Part shown: in pieces, positions 38,446 through 50,868 of the stretch | Layout of the letters: each line of letters begins with the position of its first letter | How positions within the stretch are numbered: the first letter of the stretch is position 1 | Made by a program: the position numbers and the translations under genes | The notes under the pieces: model-generated | Database searches by the model: none | What the model saw: only the letters and a program-made list of their open reading frames with translations | Told to the model about the DNA's origin: nothing | Assembly: GCA_950097015.1 (NCBI GenBank) | Contig: CATNEN010000001.1 | Span: 9,734,001-9,798,000, forward strand | Direction of reading: 5' to 3' | DNA: 64,000 bases | Source: Macrostomum hystrix | Taxonomy: Eukaryota; Animalia; Platyhelminthes

Positions 38446-38794
38446 GGCTGAATATATCACGCAGCTTCTAAGTGTTTGCATCACTTCTAACCCCGACTAG
38501 CTTATAGCGTACTGCATAGGTTGATATATTTAGTCTTTTTATTTGTGCCGAGAGCATAAGACATCCAACAATGCACGCACGTCTCTCCGTACATTTGCTC
38601 TCTGCTTTTCAAGTCTCTCTCTTTCTTTATCTGGTTTGGTCTATTGTCTCTGCGATGGATATTTCCGAGCTAACAAAACCGCCTTAGCAAAACAAATTCT
38701 TAGCTGAGTCAGAAAACTTTCTGCTTCTTCGTTTAAAAAACTGTTTCTATTAACTCAGGCAAAGAAATTTAGCGAAAACCTGCCGACAGGAAAC

Positions 38795-41700
38795 ATGCCA
38801 GAGAAAGACGCATTTTCGAAGTTTCTTGTGCTTCTTTGTCTGCTTCTGGCTGCTGCAGGAAGGTCAGCACGGACTCAGGAAACCAGTACAGTCGCTGACG
38901 TTTCCAATTCAGCTAGTTCTGTGGCTTTCACCACCGCCACCGGCGCTGGCAAGACCGCTGCTGGCACCACTGCTGCTGGCACTACGACTGCAGGCACCAC
39001 GGCTGCTGGCACCACTGCTGCTGGCACTACGACTGCAGGCACCACGGCTGCTGGCACCACTGCTGCTGGCACCACGGCTGCTGGCACCACGGCTGCTGGC
39101 ACTACGGCTGCTGGCACCACGGCTGCTGGCATCATGGCTGCTGGCACCACGGCTGCTGGCACTACGGTTGCTGGCACCTCTGCTGCTGGCACTACGGCTG
39201 GTGGCACCACGGCTGCTGGCATCACGGCTGCTGGCACCACGGCTGCTGGCACTACGGCTGGTGGCACCACGGCTGCTGGCACCTCTGCTGCTGGCACTAC
39301 GGCTGGTGGCACCACGGCTGCTGGCACCACGGTATCTGGCACCACGGCTGGTGGCACCACGGCTGCTGGCACCTCTGCTGCTGGCACTACGGCTGGTGGC
39401 ACCACGGCTGCTGGCACCACGGTATCTGGCACCACGGCTGCTGGCACTACGACTGCAGGCACCACGGCTGCTGGCACTACGGCTGCTGGCACCACGGCTG
39501 CTGGCACCACGGCTGCTGGCACGACGTTGCTTAATAGGGGAACGACAACGTTTATAGCTTCCACACCTGAGCCTACAACAGTGACTAGTAATGAATCGTA
39601 CATTATAAGTTTGGGTATGTTTTTCACATAAAATTTTACGATTTAGTCAATATATCGAGCGTAGATTGTCACTTGAGATAACTAAATGTCATCCGCACTT
39701 TACTAGCGATCATCTGGCTCGGTGAAGATATGTCAAAAGAGGCAACTCGACAGTTCTACAGCTTCATCGTTCCGAGTATTAGGCAGATCTGTCCTAGCTC
39801 AAATAGAATCAATCGCACAGCTTTCAATCTGATTGTTGTTCAGCTAGATCAGCTACTCAATCTAGACGATGTGCAAGTTTGTAAGACTAGCGGAAATCTA
39901 TATTTTCCACTTTGATAGGTTTAGCCTAAAACAGAGCTACTTTCTATACATTAACCATTTTCAGTGCAACGGGACCTCACAGACGGAAACTTTCTGTTCA
40001 CAGGACTCAGGAGTAGTCCGCTGACACCGCTTTTAGAGACTGTTGTGTCGTACACGACAGTTCCTGGATTCACTACCATGAAATATCACACAATCGCGCC
40101 AATGTCACTTGAACTGCTACAAAGCGCCTTAATAAAGGTTAGAATTGGCGAAATTTGTAAATTCTGAATGACGCTATAACTCCAGAAATTCGAATATTAC
40201 TCAAACAACCTTAAAATTGATGCCAGCAGTAGTTGGGTTACGTGTACGAGTGTTACGTGGTGTGGATTTCCCCCCCCCAGTCGGTGGACTTAACTGCCGC
40301 ATAGCTTCAAGCTTTAAGAGTTTTGATAGGATATCTCATCACAGTGTGAACAGAACTTTTAAATATTCAAACTGGACATCTTCAAAAGCTGAATTGATTT
40401 GTACTAAAAGTATCAAGTCTTTTACAGGTGATCGACCAGCGCAATAGAGAGAGCCTTTATCCATCGAGTCCGGCCAACTATCGAGCCGCAATGTTCATCG
40501 ACGACTCAATCGAGATCACCCAGATGACGGCCTTGTTTCAGTACTTTCGCAACGGCCTGATGTTCTTCCGATACACCGACGCTACGGTACAGGCTTCTTT
40601 GGTTCAAATCAAATCTAATCGGATCATCAACATCATTGTGCTACTGCCAGCCGCTGCGGCAGACCGACTCAAGCTGCAAGCGTTTGGTCTCAGCATGTTT
40701 AACTATCACTACCGATGGTACATTCACGGATCGGTGAGGCTAGGGTCTTTAGTTGCAAGTAGATGCTACTGCATCTTGTCCGCTTATCTGATTTAAATTT
40801 CAATAATTTACTTTCACTTGAAACCAGCGATTGATAAACGCGGATTTCGACAGTCGAATGACCACCTACTCAACTAATGTGACTTCGCTAGAATTCGGTC
40901 GAGTACAGGACACACTTTTGCTCGATCTGAGAACCACATCCGCTGTGTTGGTCTACGATTTGGAAGCCATCTGGCAGATTTATCTTAAACAGTATCTATG
41001 CAATGAGGTGAGCACCTTTTGATTCACATCTGTCGTTTAATGCGTTCGGTGCTGTTAAAAGTGCACCCCATTTAATTGCCAACATCAACATCATAAATGC
41101 CTGACACCTGGCATAAACCTACTTGCCTTCTCCTTCAGGCGACTCCAGTAAACAGAACCTACCCTGGACTCTCCGGTTCGTTCCGGCTTTATCCAAACGG
41201 GGCCGTGACCCGCACGAATTGGCGCCTACAAATTTACCGCGGACTGGAAGCCAGAAAGGAACAGGTAAGAGCAGAGAGTCCAATAAACCGGAAAGTAAAA
41301 CTATGCTTTTAATCGATGAATGCTCGCCAGTTCGCCAAGATGTAAAATTTTCTCTTCAGATCGGCGAATGGTCATCCGACGGCAGCTTCACCATGCTGTC
41401 CAGGCCGGACCCCAGCCGCACTGCCGAAACGTCGCTAAATGAGCTGAGGCTCAACCAGTTCCGCATGGTCACGGTCATCATACCGCCCTACGTCATGTAC
41501 AAGGAGGGCGTTTCAGCTGACGCCCCACTGAGCGCACGGTTGACCGGCATGTACATTGAGCTGTGCAAAGAGATTCTGGCTGCCCTCAAGGTTAGCAACG
41601 ACTTACGTATTGGGAGGGAAAATTTTTCATCATCGCTTAAATATTCACATATTAAGATAGTACTTTGCAGTCTGGGATAAAACAGCTGAATAAACGAGTA

Positions 41701-43177
41701 ACGAGTACGTTGCGACATTGAATTAGGCACTTAAGAAGTCAATTGCAGGCAACACACTAGCTCTGACATCTATAAACAACATTCTAGATTACAAACTACG
41801 ACTTCTTTCTGCAAGAGGACCAAGCATTTGGCGTATTTAACAAGACCTGGAACGGCATGATCAAGACCATGATGGATGGTCGTGCACAGTTGGCGTGTGC
41901 TCCGGTCACCATAGAAACCTCCCGCAAAGAGGTGGTCGACTTCACTAAAGTTGTGCACACCTCACAGCAGTCGATCCTGTACCGACAGGCGGCAGCCGAC
42001 GCTTTTGCGGAGATGTTCCAGTTCCTTCAACCGCTGGATACCATGATCTGGCTCACTGTTCTCGGTGTGCTAGTCTACGTGGCCATTGTGCTTGCCATCA
42101 TGCACAGAATCATACCAAACAAGGGCATCAAGCTGAAGCTTTATGACAGTCTGTTCTTCAGCTTTTCCGAAGTTGTCCAAGGCACATCGGGGGCAGTTCC
42201 CAACCAGATCTCCGGCCGAATCGTGGTTGCGTTCTTCTGGTTCTTCACACTGTTCCTGCTGCTGACCTACATCGCGAATTACGCAGCCTTCCGCCTACTG
42301 GATGGAGTTCAGCAGAAGGTTGAATCGCTGCAGACACTTCTGCAGAACAGCGCTTTCGAGTTTGGCATCATTGAGAACACCATTACTGAAACCCTTCTGC
42401 AGAAGTCCTCCTTTGTCTACATGCAGCAAATGTATGGCCTCATTGCAGATACCTTTGCAAACGGCTTCGTTAGCAACGAGACTGTCGCTGTGCAGATTAT
42501 GCAGAACGAGTCTCTGCGCTACGCGCTCATTGGAGACAGCTTGCAGAATCAGTACCTCATGGAGACCAACTGCAACCTCATCAACACGGGACAGTTCTAT
42601 GCACTCAAGTCGGCGCTGGTTCTGCCGCCAGGCAATGAGTACGGTACATACTTCGACGACCAGATTGTGAGGCTGGGACCACGCATTACCGAGCTGCAAA
42701 GGCAGTGAGTCTATTTAATTTGTTTCATTACTATGAGCTCGCTTAGAACGTATAGTATGCCGAACTGAGCATCGAACAGAGAACCAATCTCTCCCTCAAT
42801 ATATAAATCTCTTAGATTTTTTAACGTGGCCAATAAAAAGGACTGCACAGACCGCAGCTTCCTCGGCTACGTGAAATTGTACACGCCTCCGAATCCGGGC
42901 GTCGTCAAAGAAGGCGCCCTGACTTTGACCAACACTCTGGGCATCGCTATGATCAACCTGTTCGGATGCATCTTTGCTCTGCTCTTGTCAGCTGTTGAAC
43001 GAAGCTTCAGTCGATTCCTTCAGGTGTGCTTGGGGCGCAGTTGAAAATTCTACGTTGTGCATTGTCAATCGAACGTTTGTCCTCCCTGCCTTATTTCAGA
43101 AGCGCAGTGAAGCCAGGCGCAGAACTCAAGTGTCTGAGGCCTATGCAATGGCTCAGAGATCTACAATGCTAGAGTGA
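38795..43177 (+). CDS. Ionotropic glutamate receptor-like / IR-like channel with N-terminal mucin-like repeat, 10 exons, ~1070 aa
   Basis: Exons 38795..39614, 39707..39880, 39965..40137, 40428..40733, 40828..41007, 41139..41264, 41360..41590, 41788..42704, 42816..43023, 43100..43177; all GT-AG and in frame (3213 nt). Signal peptide, (TTAAG)n, ATD-like region, S1 (PPYVM, WNGMI, APVTIETSRKEVVDFT), M1 (FLQPL..IW), pore QG, M3 (SGRIVVAFFWFF..TYIANYAAF), S2, M4. Confidence 0.9.
38945..39525 (+). repeat. Coding 15-bp tandem repeat (GGCACCACGGCTGCT) encoding Thr/Ala/Gly mucin-like stalk
   Basis: About 38 units, in frame after the signal peptide. Confidence 0.9.
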
Positions 43178-43963
43178 CAAATTGTAAAAGTTTCATGATC
43201 ACTTTCATAATTCAAAAAAAAATACTGTAAAAAGTAAGTTTATTTTTTTATGCTGGGCTTATAATTAAGACTATTGTCTTATTCGATATTGCTTAGCGAT
43301 GTCATTTCTTCACTAACAAAATTAGAATTCTAATTGAAGAACCGGTAAGATTGTAACTGAACATGTTTTCCTTGAATTTCAAAGCTACCTGCTTTTATCT
43401 AAAGGTTGGGCAAAAAAATTGTAAAAATGTTTTCTAGTTTATTAGCTTTACGCTAGTATTTAACAGTAATTTTTTTCTTAGCTATCTCACACAGTATCAC
43501 TTCTGCCTACGACATTCATAACTGTATTTTTATCGTAACGGATGCATTATTGAGTTATTGTGACCTTATTGTATTCATAATCTGAACTGTAAGACAGATG
43601 TAAATTATACAGTGTTCATGAACTGAACAAGATTCTTTCATTGTTTCAAAAAGCGTACAAGACTACTTGTGGTAATATCTATTTCGCATCTATTGTGAAT
43701 TGAAACGGAATAATGGTTTTTGTTCCCTTGAAGTGGATATTCCAGTATTTAGATTTAATAACTTTCAACTTATTAGTGTGCAGGTCACATTAACTGTAGG
43801 AGTATGAGAAAGGGAAGAGATGAGTCAGGAGGAGATGAGACGGGAGAGATGGGAACAGGTGAGAAATAAGACGCAGGACAGATGAGACCGAGGATAGATG
43901 AGGCTCTCTATCTCCAGAGATGAGTAAAGGGAAAGATGAGACAGGATGTGCTGGAAGTGGCAA

Positions 43964-44027
43964 GGGGCCGGATTTGGGAGCTTCGAGGGCCGGATCTAGC
44001 CCGCGGGCCGGAGTTTGCCGACCCCTG
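43964..44027 (+). mobile_element. hAT (Charlie/MER58-like) right terminus
   Basis: GGGCCGGATCTAGCCCGCGGGCCGGAGTTTGCCGACCCCTG is the reverse complement of the typical hAT-Charlie end CAGGGGTCGGCAAAC..GGCCCGCGGG. Confidence 0.7.
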
Positions 44028-44084
44028 ATTCAGAGATTCAAATGGTTCATTCAGTAATCGGCGGAAGATAGCAATTTGCGAGGT

Positions 44085-44460
44085 TATTTATTATTTATAT
44101 TTTTATTTGCAGGTGGGCTGCGGGCAATGGCACATCATTTGGTGACACTAGACCCGCAGCCAGCGAGGAGGCAATTCTGCCTATTTCGCTGTCTACTGAG
44201 CACACACGCACACAGATACTGTACTCAGGCACACGCTCACACAGGTGTGAGCATCTGCCCTGACTTTCTCATCGTCAGGCAGGATACACTCTCACTGTGC
44301 CTTGGAGGTTGGCCCTCAACGGTGTAAATTGCACGACAAGCTCCAAAAGCCTTCTCTAGGCGGCTGGGCCCCAAATAAAAATGTGGCCTCGCCGCGGAAT
44401 CGAACTTAGTGACCGTGGTGCGAGAGGCAAACGCGTTAACCGCTCTACCACCGACCCCCG
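44085..44460 (-). mobile_element. tRNA-derived SINE (family A)
   Basis: Full-length reverse copy. Confidence 0.85.
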
Positions 44461-44719
44461 GCAATGTGCAGGTACATACGTCAATTATCAGCTAAGCTAA
44501 GGGAAAAGAGAAGCGTGAACAAGAAGCGATTCAAATATTCTCTAAAGCCTTTTGAGATTCTCAATACCTTGGTTGGTATGGAAGCTCCGTTTCTGAGCTC
44601 TGCTCCTAGCACTTTATCTGCTTCTTCGGTCTGGTGCCGAATGTGTAAGAGGACATCACATGAGCTCTTGCATGAGCCGCCTACAGCTCGGTAAGCTCGA
44701 TGCTGTACAGTAGGTCCAG

Positions 44720-44985
44720 AGGGGTGAGTGGCAGATTGGTCAAACGCGTCTGCCTCTCGCACCGAGGTCCCTGAACTCGATTCCGCGGCGAGGCCACATT
44801 TATTTGGGGCGCAGCCGCGGAGAGAAGGCTTGGAGGTTTGTCGTGCAATTTACGCTCTTTAAGATCCAAACTCCAAGGCACAATGAGAGTGTACACTGCC
44901 TGTCGATGAGAAAGTCAGGGCAGATGTACACACCTGTGTGAGCGTGTGCCTGCGTACAGTATCTGTGTGCGTGTGTGCTCAGGAG
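44720..44985 (+). mobile_element. tRNA-derived SINE (family A), 3'-truncated
   Basis: Head and body; shares the diagnostic CTCTTTAAGATCCAAACTCC variant with the copy at 2340. Confidence 0.85.
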
Positions 44986-45687
44986 CACGGCTATCTGTCC
45001 AATCTGCCCTCTACTGCTCGGCTAAGATGGTTTCATCTGGCTCAAGTAAGTCAGATTTTGAGTACCTATGGATTAAACCGATGCGATGCATTTGCAATCG
45101 AAGATTTGGATTTGAAAGCCGGCAGTTAAAGCCTAGCTTTTCCACTTCTGGAAGGTGTTTTCAGCGAGACAAAAAACAGCCATTGTGCTAAAAGCTTCTT
45201 CAATAATTGTCACATACCATGGGAAACAAAAAGAGTTTAATGGGTGACCATTTTCAGCGAGCAAACACAAACTTAGGAGTTAAGGCATTGCTTGACTGCT
45301 CAGTGTTCAGCAGAGACATGTCAGTGCAAGTTCAAGTGTATTTCTTACCACTGACATCCAATTTCAGCGGATTTTTTAAAGACACAATCGTTTAGCTCAA
45401 ACTAACAGCTATTCCTAGTATGAAACGTTTCTCAAAATAAAGAAAGCTTGAATAAAGCTTAGAATAAAAGAAATCGAGAGCATTTAGACAAGTTTAAGCT
45501 CTCGCTTTCAGAGCAGTTAAAAGTAAACTAGGCAATCGGAGCCACACAGAATGACATATCCACCAGTATCAGCTGTCTAAAATGTCTCACTTATTCACTC
45601 TTCACCTCAGACAGCGCTAAAACTGTTCTCACGTCAATCATCAGTTTCACCGAATTGTCCCCGCACTCACAAGCTTGCTGGGTCTAC

Positions 45688-47557
45688 TCAGCTGCAAGTC
45701 TCTAGATCCGCACTTAGAAGCCGCACGGCAACAAAGCCCTGCTCTGCTGCGGAATTTCCTCCGGAAATGGCGCTGCAGCCGCTACCGCCGCAGAACGAGC
45801 CACCGCCACCGCCAGCCTGGCTGCCGTCGTTGCCAGCTCCGCCACCGCTGAAGCCGCCGCCGCCTCCAGCGGCACCGAGCGCCAAAATACTGCTTCCGTC
45901 TCCTCCGCCGCCGCCGCCACCGAAGCCGCCGTCGCCAGCGCAACCGTTTCCGGCGACGCCGCCGACCCAGCCGTCGGCCTGGCTGCCGCCGCGCTCGCCG
46001 TCTTCGGAGCTGCGCCTCGGATTGATGGCCTTGCCCAGCCAGCCGGCACCGCAGCCGCCGTGTTGCTGCAGCGGCAGGGTGGCGCTAGGATCGTTACTTC
46101 CCGGACCGCCGGATGAGCCTCCGTCGCCTTTGCTGATGGCTAAAAGGCCAACTGAGTCGCCGCCATTGTTGCTAGATTCGCCGTTCTTTCCTGCGAGTAA
46201 AAGCGTTAATTTGATTCTATTAGTTCCTATTCGTACATATCATTTTGCAATCTCTTTATATGAGAGTTTAAGAGTTCCATTCCCACCGTTTTTCCAGAAG
46301 GACGCTCCGCCGCCTCCCCCGGCCGCCATCATAAGTTGAGCGCCAGAACCGGTGACGGGCTCAAAATACACGAAGCTGCCTCCCCCGCCGCCTCCGCCAT
46401 GGAACTGCGACGTGGTGCGACCACCCGACTGTCCAACAATGATTGACAGCTTTGTGTCGGCTGTCAGATTTAGCAGAGCAGTCACAATGGCTCCATTTCC
46501 ACCAGTTTTACTATTCTTATTGTCTCCGCCCCTGGCGCCAGCGACTTGGATGCTGTAGCAGCCTGTTAATTTAATGTCGGCCTGCTGTATCAAACTGATT
46601 CTTCCAGAGCTGGCATCTGTTGATTTTCAGTTTAGTGGATTTTGCAAAGAAAAACTAACTTTGTTTTAATTGAAACACAATGCAATTACTCGTAAGAATT
46701 TTAACAAAAGTTTTTAGCTCCTTTACTTAAGTTTCATTGGTTGAGTCTAATTACTCGTAATTGGTTGTAAACCAGAGCTTTGGAATCCTAACAGAGATGT
46801 CTTGGACTCTACAGCTGTACTGCACAATAGACACGGTTGTGGCGCAACTGTGTTCAAGTTTAATTTCTATCGATCTAAACAAGTTCATACGGTATTATTC
46901 TAGTAAAATAATTCATTAGATATGTCAAAACGTCATCATAATCAAAGTGACACTTTTAGTCTACCAAATCTATTTTAGATCAAGATGCGATAGTTTAATT
47001 TAATAGTTTAATCAAGTTATAAGCGTGTGTTTCGGTTACTCACTTCGAAATGTCGGACTAAACAATCTTTCGGCGACAATTCCGTAGAAGTTTTCCACCA
47101 TCCACAACTGCGTGTTGACCTCCCAACCAATAGTGCGGCGCACGTGACTCTCCCTGCTTAAGAAGGCTTTAGATTCATCGAAAACGAATAGCATCTGGCA
47201 GAGTCTAGTTGCGGTAGTCCATGACACCAGTAGACAGTGAGAGAGCAGGCACCAAAGTGTGCATTCTGAACCAGTTTGAACGTTCAGCTGCTCCACAACA
47301 GCACTACTGGCAGTGGCGTTCAACTGGACAGGTCCCGCTGCGCTAATGTAGCGACGAGTGGCTGCCAGATGCTGGGTGTTCGCTACGGCTGAAAGTTTTT
47401 CGTTGTATTGTCAAAATCAGATGTCTTTAGGCTTTTGTAAAATGTCGATGCTCAGAAGATGAAGCTTGGCATCGAGTTAATTCAACAATAGATTTAAAAA
47501 AGATCGCTCACCAATAAAAAATTGAAGACACACCAGCAGTTTCATATAATGAGACAT
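45688..47557 (-). CDS. Secreted PAN/apple-like + ALK/LTK-type glycine-rich domain protein, 4 exons, ~407 aa
   Basis: Exons complement(47512..47557, 47044..47388, 46287..46616, 45688..46190), in frame (1224 nt). Signal peptide; ECTLWC..C..C; TGCYSIQVAGARGG, LSIIVGQSG, GGGGGGSFV, AAGGGGG, GGFGGGGG, GGGGGFSGG, GGGGGSF; stop with no TM. The exon-3 donor (GTGGGA) is weak. Confidence 0.78.
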
Positions 47558-47939
47558 CTTAAAAATATTTTTTTTTGAAACACACAAAGTTTCCTTTTTC
47601 CTGACGATCTTTCTTGTAAAGAAAATTTGATACTGACATTCCTATTATATAAATTATTCTCAAGCTAAACTCGAATCTGATTGGCTCACTGTTTGTCATA
47701 AAAACGCTAGTTCCAGAAGTCTTCAGTAGTTCTCCAGTAGTTCAGTTTTTTGCATGTAGATTTATTAACTCAACCTTACCCGAAGTGTTTTTTAGTTCAA
47801 CAAAAAACTGGAAGAACAAAAGCAATTTGTCTATGAATGATTTCTTTTTTACTGATTCTGATCATCAAATCGTAAACATATATCTTCATTTCGAACAAAG
47901 TCAAACAAAGTCCCATTTAGGCTCCCATTTGCCGCGACT

Positions 47940-49019
47940 TCAAACGCCCAGGCAGCTCTTGACCTTCAGCCAGTAGCCAGCAGTGTAGGCGTGCCTGCAG
48001 CCCAGCGGACCTCCGTTGTGGATCCTGGCGTAGTCCTGATGAAGAGGGTGTAATGATTTGAAAGTAGCACTAGAGCTCTGTAGTCAAATATTCTAAAATG
48101 AATTGTCTCCCTTTAATCGACTGTTTATTGATGCGTCCCTTAATCCAATTTGTCTGCGATGTATTTACGTCTCTGATTCGTATTTTTTCTCTAGACTTAA
48201 TAAAAAAGCCGCATAGAAGTATATTTTAAGTTCCATTGGCTCACCTCCAGTGTCGGCGTCCTACCGCCAGTGCAGTACTTGCCATACCTGGCAAAATAGT
48301 TTAGCATAGTCTCACGAGAGCAGGCGTCGTTGTTGCTACCTGTGGTACACTCCTGCCAACCTAAATTTTGATCATTCAATCGAATATTTTTACCATTTTG
48401 ACGCAACTGAGTAGACAAACAACAGTGCAATTATCACAGGACTCACTTCCGCCGATCTGTTTACGAGCGAACTGAGAGGCGTCAATCCAAAACGCGTTCT
48501 GAATCTGGTAGGGTCCGCAGGAGAGAACATCCGGGTCCGGGATGCAGCCAATCCTTGTGTTGCAGTTGGACTCAACCATGCAGATGCAGCGGAAGAAGTG
48601 CTCCGGCAGGGTCGGCAGAGTCTGTTGCAGACTGGGTGAAGCCCCCAACAATAGGAGCAGAGCAGCAGTGACGAAGACAGAACAAGACCTGGGAATATCG
48701 ATCAGTAAATCTTGGTTTCGGGGATATCTGTTGGAGCGGTTCGCCCTCGAAGGCACAGTGAGAGTGTACACTGCCTGATGAAAAAAGTCAGGGCATGTAC
48801 AGAGATGTACACACACATGTAAACCCTTTGAGAGTGTGTGCATGCTTACTGTATTTATGTGTGTATCTTTTCAAGGGCAGAATTATCTCCACACTGAACC
48901 GATGATCTACTGTGTCCAAATGATGTTCCAGTGCCCTTGTGCCCCACAAATTTACGAGTAACGCTACAGATATTTATGATAGAGCACAATAATTAAAAGT
49001 ATTTCAAAGCTACTTACAT
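47940..49019 (-). CDS. Invertebrate (i-type) lysozyme / destabilase 1, ~151 aa, catalytic residues retained
   Basis: Exons complement(49018..49019, 48447..48688, 48245..48360, 47940..48035). CICMVESNC..IGCIPD..SCGPYQI..FWIDA; DYARIHNGGPLGC..YWLKVKSC. Confidence 0.9.
48725..48950 (+). mobile_element. Degenerate SINE family A in lysozyme-1 intron 1
   Basis: AAGGCACAGTGAGAGTGTACACTGCCTG..GGGCAGAATT..CCAAATGATGT match the body. Confidence 0.65.
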
Positions 49020-50084
49020 TTCGACAGCAGTTTTTGTGTAGAATCCAAAGCGTTAGGCTTCCTATTCCGACATGCGGACAGACTCCGTTTTGGTCCCTTA
49101 TTTTATAAGCAATGTCCGTTCCGGGGTTCGCAGCCGGATTTCCTTGAGAAAATCTTCCGAGCAAACAAAAAGTCGTGCTCTACCTGTTTGAGTTTTTATT
49201 CATTTTCTGCACCTCAGGCCAGACAAGTGACTGTAGAGTCATTAGTCTCACTTTAATTGCTCTTTTCAGTTTGCTAAAATTGTCAACAAAATCTGCGTAC
49301 GTGACTTATTTGGGTTGACCTCGATCGCCTCTGATAGAAAGGACAGAAAACTGACACCATTCACAATAACTGCATCACTAAGCCGTAGTGCATTGCACAG
49401 TAACCTAACTATCTAGATGACAACTTTTACGTACAAATGCTCAGTCCATGGACTGGGGAAGCCTGCCCATTCACACTCAAATTTATACCCTAAGTACAGG
49501 CACCTGGGATTTAAGTATTCGAACCACTGAGTTGCAGGCTCCCGTTCACGTGTTTGCATATCAGTTTTCAGTAGAAAGGAATAGAATACTGCTCATCTAT
49601 ACTGGATTAGAATGTTAGACATATCTGTTATGAGTCCAAAAATCGATTGACCAAGGAAAAATCATCCAATAACTGTTGAAAGACCGATGGGGGTATTTCA
49701 AATGCCCTCATTTTTACTTTTTTTCTGTACATACTCGTATTATTGCATTCAACTGATCGCCATGAAAATTCAGAACGCGGGATAAGATTTTCCGCTCTAT
49801 CCGATGAAACAACTTCCAGCTTCACAAAACATCGACATCGTCGAGATATTCAAAGATTATCTTCGCGTTGGCATTCTCTTGGCAAAAACCACCAATATTG
49901 GCCAGCATATTTTTTCTGCTCATAAAAATTCATCATGAAACCTTGACGGCTATTATTGTTGATAATATTTTATTGATTATATTGTTAATCTTTTTTTTCT
50001 TTCTGAAACAGTGGATTAGCCATAGAAGTTCCTACAGAGCAGAAGCTCATACAAAGGTGCGCCATTCCCCCCACGAGGCAAAAT

Positions 50085-50190
50085 GAGATTGTACACTACC
50101 TGATGGTGAGAAAGTCAGGGCAGATGTACACACCTGTGTGACGGTATCAAAGTGCGCACTCCTATGTGCGTGTGTGCTCATGAGTCAGCG
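50085..50190 (+). mobile_element. SINE family A fragment
   Basis: GAGAAAGTCAGGGCAGATGTACACACCTGTG core. Confidence 0.7.
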
Positions 50191-50271
50191 GTACCCAAAT
50201 ATCATAGACAATTTTCCTAAGTGACTTTGCTTTTTTAGCTTCCACGTAAGAATTCATTAAAAAAGATTTGC

Positions 50272-50430
50272 TGCAGCCTAGTGGCAAGAGGGTCGGACTC
50301 ACGACTTGAAGGTTGGGGGTTCGATTCTCAAATCAACTGAAACAGTGTGAGTCTTATGACAGGACAATTAACTATGCATTGCTTATGCTCAGTCAGCTGT
50401 TAAATGTGTACCAGTATTAGCTGGTGCAAT
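50272..50430 (+). mobile_element. Second, older tRNA-derived SINE family (B)
   Basis: GCAGCCTAGTGG (A-box)..GGGGTTCGATTC (B-box) then an eroded CORE-like body; related head fragments at ~4340-4376 and ~1386-1402. Confidence 0.55.
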
Positions 50431-50868
50431 AATAGGTGATTGTGGTGTCCCCTAGTTCACCAACCGAGCCACCGGTATTGCTATAAATTGATTGCAAGAA
50501 AACATAAATTTTCATTCTGTCTTTAGATTGACTATGTCTCAAAACATTTCGAACTTTTAGAAATGGATTTAGAGTATATTTACTTTGAAAAAAATTAAAG
50601 ACGTGTTTTGAAAAAGAGCAATGTTGGCCTGAAGCAAATCCAGGAACATTCTGAGTCGTCACATTCTGAGTAGTCATCACGTTGTCAAACATAAATTGGG
50701 GCGGAGAAGCTTAATTGACAGCACCGGATATTAAAAATGCGAAGGTCTTCATGCCAAATTTTCTATATAAGCGAGTCGAATTCTATTGCATAAAACAGCT
50801 TCCAACACACAAGCGAAATTAAGAGAACAACCTTACACTTAGACAAGACAAGTGCTCATTAAGAAGCC

